Assembly (NCBI GenBank): GCA_020848745.1
Contig: JADLHM010000098.1
Span: 207,185 to 271,184, forward strand
Length of the DNA stretch: 64,000 bases
Reading direction: 5' to 3'
Source of the DNA: Deltaproteobacteria bacterium
GTDB lineage: Bacteria > Desulfobacterota > Binatia > UTPRO1
The notes beneath the pieces were generated by a model. It searched no databases. It had not been told where the DNA came from and saw only the letters and a list, made by a program, of their open reading frames with translations. Shown here piece after piece: positions 48,423-54,946 of the stretch. How positions within the stretch are numbered: position 1 is the first letter of the stretch; every line of letters begins with the position of its first letter. Position numbers and translations under genes: made by a program.

Positions 48423-48460
48423 CTCGTGGTCCCCAAAAAACGAAGGCCCCGAGATCGCTC
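48423..48460 (-). terminator. Intrinsic terminator in aroG leader (11-bp GC-rich stem, 6-nt loop, then CGTTTTTT)
   Basis: Minus-strand RNA AAGGCCCCGGGAGCGAUCUCGGGGCCUUCGUUUUUUGGGG read directly; ends ~26 nt upstream of aroG start codon. Confidence 0.7.
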
Positions 48461-48494
48461 CCGGGGCCTTCGGATTCTGCGGAATGGTCTCTCG

Positions 48495-48572
48495 TCTAGC
48501 CGTTCACGCAGCCGCCTGCCCCGAGGTCGGGCCAAGTAAAGTACGCAAAATAGGCGGCGGCGAACGTCGACA
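48495..48572 (-). CDS. Candidate aromatic-amino-acid leader peptide (25 aa: MSTFAAAYFAYFTWPDLGAGGCVNG)
   Basis: ATG 48570-48572 preceded by GGGAG RBS; Phe/Tyr/Trp-rich run uses rare AT-rich codons TAT TTT TAC TTT ACT TGG in very high-GC genome; stop 34 nt before terminator hairpin. Confidence 0.55.
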
Positions 48573-48815
48573 TGTGAAGGCTCCCTATACCGGCGGCGGG
48601 GGCCAGGTCAAAGGCGCCGGCGCTCAGACCACGTCGGCCGCGGCGAAGAACTCCATCCGACGTGCCGTACGGCGCGGGGTTACGGCGCGATGACGCGGCT
48701 TCGGATCACGTCGCGCACCTTCACGTCGGACACGATGCGGACCTGACCGGACTCGCGCGTGGCTGCGAGTACTCGAATGCTGTCGCGGCCCCGAGGTTTG
48801 CCGTAAGACGGGACG

Positions 48816-49772
48816 ATGTGGGGCGGAGGAGGGCCGGGACGCGCGGATGCCGAGCGCGCCGGGCTCGTCTTCGCGGGGCTCTGCGCCGTGAACGGCGCGT
48901 TCGTGCCGGCCGTCGCCCGGCTGACGAGCGTCCAGGTCGATCCGCTCCTCGTCGCGACCGTGTCGAGCCTTTTCGCCGGCGCCTTCGCGCTCGCCGTGCT
49001 CGGGGCGCGCGGCGAGCTCGGCGTGCTGTTCGCGCCTGGCAAGGCGCCGCGGTTCGCGCTGGTCGGCTTGCTCGGCACGGCGCTCGCGTTCGTCCTCTTC
49101 TACGCGGGGGCGCGGCGGACGAGCGCGATCGAGGCGGCGCTCGGCTTGCAAGTCGAGCCGATCTATTCGCTCTTCGGCGCCTGGCTCGGGCTCGGTCATC
49201 GGCCGACGCTGCGGCGCGTGCTCGCGCTCGGCGTCCTGCTCGCGGGCCTCGCGCTCGCCCTCGGCGCGCACGAGCTGTCCACCTCGAGCGGCGTCTGGCT
49301 GATCCTCCTGACGCCGCTCTGCTGGCAGCTCTCGCACCTCGTCGTGCTGCGCGGGCTCCGGGGCGTCGACGGCGTGACGCCGTCGGTGCTGACGGGGGCG
49401 CGCTACGTGTACGGGGGAGCGATCCTCACGGTCGCCTGGCTCGCGTTCGGCCGCGGCGACGACGCGCTCGCGGCGCTCGGTCCGAGCCTGGCGCTCCTCG
49501 CGTTCCAGGGGATCGTGCTCTCCTATCTCGGCACGATCGTCTGGTACGCCGCCATCGTCCGCCTCGACCTCGCGCGCACGACCGCGATCGTCGTGCCGTC
49601 GATTCCGGTGTTGTCGCTCGCGGCGTCGTTCGCCCTGCTCGGCGAGGTCCCGACGCTGCGGCAGGCGCTCGGCATGGCGCTCACGGCGGCCGGCGTGCTC
49701 GCCTTCGTCACCGCGCCGCACGCGGAGCCGGCGCGGCGCCGCGTCCCGACGCTGACGCTGCGCGCGCACTGA
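48816..49772 (+). CDS. DMT (EamA-like) family transporter
   Basis: 10 hydrophobic helices in two halves; 318 aa. Confidence 0.65.
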   Translation: MWGGGGPGRADAERAGLVFAGLCAVNGAFVPAVARLTSVQVDPLLVATVSSLFAGAFALAVLGARGELGVLFAPGKAPRFALVGLLGTALAFVLFYAGARRTSAIEAALGLQVEPIYSLFGAWLGLGHRPTLRRVLALGVLLAGLALALGAHELSTSSGVWLILLTPLCWQLSHLVVLRGLRGVDGVTPSVLTGARYVYGGAILTVAWLAFGRGDDALAALGPSLALLAFQGIVLSYLGTIVWYAAIVRLDLARTTAIVVPSIPVLSLAASFALLGEVPTLRQALGMALTAAGVLAFVTAPHAEPARRRVPTLTLRAH

Positions 49773-49797
49773 TGGTCCGCCGCGCGCTCCGGCGTTC

Positions 49798-50928
49798 TTA
49801 CTCCACCCGCTCGAGCGGCAGCACCAGCCGCGACGGACCCGGCAGCCCCGCCGACGAGTTCAAGGCGGCGGCGCGCGTCTGCGGCGTGCAGAAGACCGCG
49901 ACGTAGGTCGGGCGCGTCGGGTCGCAGCGGCCCGTCGCGGTGATCGTCTCGCCGAAGCACGGACGCTCGGCGAGACGGCACTCGCCGCTCCCCGGCGCGA
50001 CGGCGTCGCAGTCCTCGCGGCCGGTGCCGGGACGACAGTCGCGATACGGCGCGGTGCTGCACGCGCCGTCGACGGGCCCTTCGGGGCAGCGTCCGTCGGC
50101 GGCGCAGCGGTCACCGACGCAGGGGTTCGCCTGCACCTGGGCGGGACAGAAGCAGCGGGGCGCGTCCTTGCCGGTGCTCACCTTGCAGACGAGCGTCGCG
50201 GCGAGCGCGGCCGTGCCGGTCGTGAGGGGGGCGAGGTCGATCGTGAGGTCGCCGGCGCTCTTGGCCGACGCGGGCTCGCAATCGTTCGAGGTCGCGCCGA
50301 AGTCGGAGCTCGCGCCTTGCGCGTCGCACGGCTGGCCGTCGGCCCGCCCGCCCTGGCACCGCCCGTCGCGCTTGCCGTCGTTCGGCATCCCGTCGCCGCG
50401 GCAGGCGGGGCAGGGGCGGGCAACCTCGTCGCCCGTGTAGATGGCGGAGGCGAGATGGAGCAGGAGCTCGCCGCATCCGGTCTGCGGATCGACGCTGCCG
50501 CCCACGCCCGTCCGCAGGCGATTCACCACGCACGCCGGGACGCCGCCCGACGAGAGCGGGATCGGCGCGCCGAAGGAGTCGCCGCGCCTGCCGCCGACGG
50601 CGGCGCAGCGCGGCCCGCCGGCGCCGCAGTCGAGCGCGAACGCGAGGCGTTGCTCGCTCGGCCACGGCTCGTCGTGCGCGATGCCGGTCCAGCCGAGGTC
50701 GGCGCGCGCCTCCGGGCGGATGCGATAGGCGACCGGCACGGGTCCCGGAGCGGCCGCGCCGGCCCCCGGCGCCGCTGCTGCCCCGGCCCTCGGTGTCGCC
50801 GCCGCGCCGGCCGCCGGGGTCCCGGCCGGATGCGGTTCCGCCCCGCGCCCCTCGTGCGCCCGCCCCGGCGTCGCGGCGACGCTCGCGAGCAGGAGCGCCG
50901 CGAAGGCGGCGCGACAACGACACCGCAT
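49798..50928 (-). CDS. Secreted cysteine-rich protein (GWTGIAH family), paralog of 12168..14300
   Basis: Signal MRCRCRAAFAALLLASVAATPGRA; shared DLGWTGIAHD and GLPGPSRLVL motifs with the other copy; ATG overlaps stop of upstream acyl-CoA dehydrogenase (TGATG). Confidence 0.65.
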   Translation of the reverse strand: MRCRCRAAFAALLLASVAATPGRAHEGRGAEPHPAGTPAAGAAATPRAGAAAAPGAGAAAPGPVPVAYRIRPEARADLGWTGIAHDEPWPSEQRLAFALDCGAGGPRCAAVGGRRGDSFGAPIPLSSGGVPACVVNRLRTGVGGSVDPQTGCGELLLHLASAIYTGDEVARPCPACRGDGMPNDGKRDGRCQGGRADGQPCDAQGASSDFGATSNDCEPASAKSAGDLTIDLAPLTTGTAALAATLVCKVSTGKDAPRCFCPAQVQANPCVGDRCAADGRCPEGPVDGACSTAPYRDCRPGTGREDCDAVAPGSGECRLAERPCFGETITATGRCDPTRPTYVAVFCTPQTRAAALNSSAGLPGPSRLVLPLERVE

Positions 50929-52748
50929 CAGATGAACTCGAAGCGGCCGGCCGCGACCAGGCGTTCGGCGAGCCGGGTCTTGGTGTCGATCGTGCGGAGC
51001 GGGATGAACGGGGTGAAGGCGCGGACCGTCTCCAGGTGCCGCTCCAGCTCCTCGCCCTCGAGCTCGTTGCAGAGGAGGCGCGCGGCGTGCGCGGCGACGC
51101 GCTGGTTCGCCGACGCGACGAACACGTAGGTCATGGCGAGCTCGGCGGTCGCGTCGGCGTCGGGTCGGATCCGCATCTGCTCGAGAACGCGCGCCGTCAC
51201 GCTCTCCATCGCGTAGACGTCGATGATCATGTCGGCGAGGAGCATCAGGTGCTGCTGTTTCGCCGCGAGGTCGGCGAGGCCGCGCTGCATGATGACCTGC
51301 ACCGAGTAGGCGACCACGCGCTTCGCCATCTCGCAGGCCTGCGCCTCCTGGCCGAGAGGGCCCAGTGTACAGAGCGGCCGCCGCCCGACGTCGTCGATCT
51401 CCTCCTGCACCTTCTGGAGGAACCCGAGATACGGCAGGCCGCCCTTGGCGACGCGCTTCATCAGCGTCGCCGGGATGATGAGACGGTTGATCTCGTTCGT
51501 GCCCTCGAAGATGCGGTTGATGCGCGCGTCGCGATAGTGGCGCTCGATCGGGTACTCGTCGATGAAGCCGTAGCCGCCGAGCGTCTGGAGCGCCTCGTCA
51601 GCGACGAAGTCGAGACACTCGGTGCCGAAGACTTTGATGATGGAGCACTCGATCGAGTATTCGTCGAGCACGTCGACGACCTGGCGCTGGTAGTCGGACG
51701 CGCTCTCGTCGAGGGCGCGCGTCGCGTCGTCCATCAGACCGGCGGTGCGGTACGACATCGCGTCGGCGACGAAGATGCGGGTCGCCATGTCGGCGAGCTT
51801 CTGCTGAATGGCGCCGAAGGACGCGATCGGCTTCCCGAACTGCGTGCGCTCGGAGGCGTAGCGGATCGCGCCGTCGAGGCACTCGCGCGCCGCGCCGGCG
51901 GCGCCGCAGCCGAGCTTGAAGCGCCCGACGTTCAGGATGTTGAAGGCGATCTTGTGGCCGCGGCCGATCTCGCCGAGGAGGTTCGCGGCCGGAACCCGCG
52001 CGTCTTCGAGGATGAGCTGGCGCGTCGACGAGCCCTTGATGCCGAGCTTCTGCTCCTCGGGGCCCGTCGAGAGGCCGGGGGTCGCGCGCTCGACCAGGAA
52101 CGCGGTGAACTTGTCGCCGTCGATCTTCGCGAAGACGGTGAAGAGATCGGCGAAGCCGGCGTTGGTGATGAACTGCTTCACGCCGTTCAGGACGTAGTGG
52201 GAGCCGTCGGGGGTGAGCACGGCGGTCGTGCGGGCGCCGGTCGCGTCGCTGCCCGACCCGGGCTCGGTGAGCGCGTAGGCGGCGAGCATCTCGCCGGTCG
52301 CGAGCTTCGGGAGGTAGCGCGCTTTCTGCTCGCCGGTGCCGTAGTAGACGAGCGGCAGGGTCCCGATACCGGTGTGGGCGCCCCAGGAGACGCTGAACGA
52401 TGCGCACTTCGCGGCGCGCTCGGAGACCAGCATCGACGTCGCCTTGTCGAGCCCGAGCCCGCCGTCGCGCTCGGGGATGTCGATCATGAGGAGGCCGAGC
52501 TCGCCGGCGCGCTTCAAGAGCCGGGGCATGAGCCCTTCTTCCTTGCGCTCGATCGCGTCGAGCCGCGGCAGGATCTCCTTGGTGACGAACTCCTCGGCGG
52601 TCTCCGCGTAGGCGAGCTGCTCCTCGGTGAACTCGCCCGTGATGAAGATGTCGCGGCTGCCGATCGGCTCGATCAGAAAGGCGCCGCCGCGGGGGTTGCC
52701 GGGGAGGCGGACGACCTCCGGGGACGGACTCTCGCTCGTGGGTTCCAT
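50928..52748 (-). CDS. Acyl-CoA dehydrogenase (long FadE-like form)
   Basis: YALTEPGSGSD, GxKxFITNA motifs, C-terminal extension; 606 aa. Confidence 0.85.
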   Translation of the reverse strand: MEPTSESPSPEVVRLPGNPRGGAFLIEPIGSRDIFITGEFTEEQLAYAETAEEFVTKEILPRLDAIERKEEGLMPRLLKRAGELGLLMIDIPERDGGLGLDKATSMLVSERAAKCASFSVSWGAHTGIGTLPLVYYGTGEQKARYLPKLATGEMLAAYALTEPGSGSDATGARTTAVLTPDGSHYVLNGVKQFITNAGFADLFTVFAKIDGDKFTAFLVERATPGLSTGPEEQKLGIKGSSTRQLILEDARVPAANLLGEIGRGHKIAFNILNVGRFKLGCGAAGAARECLDGAIRYASERTQFGKPIASFGAIQQKLADMATRIFVADAMSYRTAGLMDDATRALDESASDYQRQVVDVLDEYSIECSIIKVFGTECLDFVADEALQTLGGYGFIDEYPIERHYRDARINRIFEGTNEINRLIIPATLMKRVAKGGLPYLGFLQKVQEEIDDVGRRPLCTLGPLGQEAQACEMAKRVVAYSVQVIMQRGLADLAAKQQHLMLLADMIIDVYAMESVTARVLEQMRIRPDADATAELAMTYVFVASANQRVAAHAARLLCNELEGEELERHLETVRAFTPFIPLRTIDTKTRLAERLVAAGRFEFI

Positions 52749-52767
52749 CGCTGCCTCCGGTCGCCGT

Positions 52768-53178
52768 TCAGGCGCGGCTCAGACGTTCGATCTCCTTCCA
52801 CTCCGCGGCCGCGACCGGCATCGCCGAGAGCCGCGGCAGGCGCACCAACGGAAAGTCCTTCAACGACGGACGCTGCTTCAGCTCGGCGAGCGTCACGGGG
52901 CGCGCCAGGCGCTCCACGGGCGCGAGGTCGACGACCGCGGCCTTCGCGTCCTTCTGCTTCGGGTCGGGATAGCCGTCCGAGAGCGCCTTCGCGATCCCGA
53001 TCACCGCCTTCTCGTCGCCCGTGTGGTAGATCAGTACCTGGTCGCCGCGCTTCACCGCCGCGATGTGCTTGCGTGCGACGGGGTTCTTCACGCCGTCCCA
53101 GACGGTCTTCCGATCGCGCTCCAGCTGGCCGTACGCGTACGCGCTCGGTTCGGTCTTGAAGAGCCAGATGCTCGCCAC
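52768..53178 (-). CDS. EVE (PUA-like) domain protein
   Basis: Proposed GTG start (VASIWLFKTEPSAY) with GGGAGG RBS; EVE-typical WLxKxEP...Y N-terminus. Confidence 0.6.
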   Translation of the reverse strand: MASIWLFKTEPSAYAYGQLERDRKTVWDGVKNPVARKHIAAVKRGDQVLIYHTGDEKAVIGIAKALSDGYPDPKQKDAKAAVVDLAPVERLARPVTLAELKQRPSLKDFPLVRLPRLSAMPVAAAEWKEIERLSRA

Positions 53179-53288
53179 TTGGGGCACCTCCCGTGGCTGC
53201 CTAAACACGCGCGACGTGGACCGTCAATTCGCGCGCCTGTCAGATTTCGGCAGTTGTACCTATTGGTGCATCAGATTAGTGTCACATC

Positions 53289-53579
53289 ATGGGCACCAAA
53301 CGACGGACCGTGGTGAATGCCGAGCCCCGCCAGATCGAGCGGGCGATGCGGCTCGTGAAGCAGGGGCGGTATCGGACCTTGTCGGAGTTCGTCCGCGAGG
53401 CGGTCGACGAAAAGCTCGCAAGGATCGACGACGCGCTGCTCGAGGACGAGGTGGCGCGATATTGCGCCGCCGGCCACGCCGACGAGGACGTCGATCTCGT
53501 GGTGGGCCAGCGCTTCGACGAGGGCGAGCATTCCCGTCGGCGCCCGCCGGCAAGGAAAGCTCCGCGTGCGGCGCGGTGA
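53289..53579 (+). CDS. Ribbon-helix-helix (CopG-like) antitoxin
   Basis: RYRTLSEFVREAVDEKL RHH-like; overlaps downstream MazF-like gene by 14 nt; AT-rich operator-like region upstream. Confidence 0.6.
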   Translation: MGTKRRTVVNAEPRQIERAMRLVKQGRYRTLSEFVREAVDEKLARIDDALLEDEVARYCAAGHADEDVDLVVGQRFDEGEHSRRRPPARKAPRAAR

Positions 53580-53916
53580 CGTGTGGTGGGGAGCGCCGCC
53601 GCTCCCCGGTGGATCGCGCAAGCGGCGGCCCTTTCTCGTCGTCTCGCTCGACGCGTTCAACCGCAACGAGCTCTACCCCAAGGTGATGGTCGTCCATCTG
53701 ACGACGACCCAGCGCTCGGGTGATCCGTTCCAGTGGGAGGTCGAGGTGCCGCGCGGCGTCGCCGGGTTGCAAGCGGCGAGCACGGTGAAGTGCAACGAGG
53801 TCTACACCCTGCGGAAGGCGCACCTCGAGACGCCGGTGGGCACGTTGCCGCGGTCGTACCTCGAGCGTGTCGATCGCGCGCTCGGCGTGGCGCTCGGCAT
53901 CGGCGCGCCGCGCTGA
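53566..53916 (+). CDS. MazF/PemK-family endoribonuclease toxin
   Basis: GDVWW...RPFLVVSLDAFN...KCNEVYTLRKAHL pattern; GTG start with AAGGAAAG RBS. Confidence 0.75.
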   Translation: MRRGDVWWGAPPLPGGSRKRRPFLVVSLDAFNRNELYPKVMVVHLTTTQRSGDPFQWEVEVPRGVAGLQAASTVKCNEVYTLRKAHLETPVGTLPRSYLERVDRALGVALGIGAPR

Positions 53917-53983
53917 GGCGACGTCGCCGACGAACTTCAGGATCGCGCGCGCCGGGCGACCGCCGCCGACTGCGACCCCCGCG

Positions 53984-54451
53984 TCAACTCGCGAAGCGCC
54001 CCTGCGCGCGGAACGCGTCCATGATCGGCCCGTAGTCGGCCGGCTGCCGGTCGTACTCCAGGCGTCCCGCCGCGCGCCCGATCCACGGCTGCGCGCTGCG
54101 CGTCCAGATATCGGCGACGGGCTCGAGCCAGCTCGTGTCGTCGAGCGTGCCGCCGCGGATGCTCAACACACCGTTCGACGGCCGCGCCCCGTGCCCGATG
54201 CGGCTCCCGCACGCGCCGCAGAAGGAGCCCCAGCGCGTGTTGCCGGCCTCGGACGTCCACTCGACGACCCGGGGCTCGCCCGCGACCACGCGGAACGCCG
54301 CCTCGAGGACGGTGATCGGCGTCGAGAATGCGCCGCCGCCGATCTTCTGGCAGTTCGTGCAGTGGCAGTTGTAGACCATGAGCGGCGCCATCGTGATCTC
54401 GTAGCGCAGCGCCCCGCATTGACACCCGCCGGTGAGCGGTAGTGCGACCAT
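53984..54451 (-). CDS. GFA-family protein (glutathione-dependent formaldehyde-activating / CENP-V-like)
   Basis: GGCQCGALRY, CHCTNC, SFCGACGS Cys motifs; internal ATG with GGGGGAGG RBS. Confidence 0.75.
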   Translation of the reverse strand: MVALPLTGGCQCGALRYEITMAPLMVYNCHCTNCQKIGGGAFSTPITVLEAAFRVVAGEPRVVEWTSEAGNTRWGSFCGACGSRIGHGARPSNGVLSIRGGTLDDTSWLEPVADIWTRSAQPWIGRAAGRLEYDRQPADYGPIMDAFRAQGRFAS

Positions 54452-54518
54452 CGTGCCGACCTCCCCCGGTGTCGGTAGCGCATCGGCCGAGCGCACGCGA
54501 GGCGCGCGGCCCCCGCGA

Positions 54519-54791
54519 CTACAGGAGCTCGCGGACCTTCTGGTAGCCGTGGCGCAGCTCGTCGACGGCGAGCTGCAGCGCGGCCCCGACCTCCACCGCC
54601 GCCTTGCCGGCCTCTTCGCCGATGACGCCGAGCTTCGCCCGGACGTGCTCCCACTCGTGCTCCAGGCGCTCGAACTCGTCCCGGGCGTCGGCCTTGGCGA
54701 GGTGCATACGGACACGGATCTCGTCGCGCTGCTGTTTCAGATCCTCGACGATCGCACCGAGATCGAAGCGCTTCTCCGTCATGATCGTCAC
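54519..54791 (-). CDS. Hypothetical small helical protein (90 aa)
   Basis: ATG with GGGAGGTG RBS; charged/helical composition distinct from GC-shadow ORFs. Confidence 0.45.
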   Translation of the reverse strand: MTIMTEKRFDLGAIVEDLKQQRDEIRVRMHLAKADARDEFERLEHEWEHVRAKLGVIGEEAGKAAVEVGAALQLAVDELRHGYQKVRELL

Positions 54792-54946
54792 CTCCCTTCG
54801 TCAAGAAGAGGTGGTGCAAGCGGCTCGCCAACGCGACGCGTCGCGGAATCGCGACGTTGCGCCGCGCACCGCTCCGGCCTTTCCCGATCGCGGGAAATGC
54901 CCGCCATCCGTTTCCGCCCCGCTGCGAACGACCCGGGATCGGCTCT

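Noticed and set aside
48601-48830. Possible additional small gene or sRNA between the aroG leader and the DMT transporter
   Set aside because: It contains only Arg-rich shadow ORFs. I regard it as the promoter region for the leader transcript.
54878-54895. TTTCCCG-ATCG-CGGGAAA hairpin downstream of the beta-propeller gene
   Set aside because: It has a 7-bp stem but no U-tract on either strand, so it is at best a weak terminator or may be chance.
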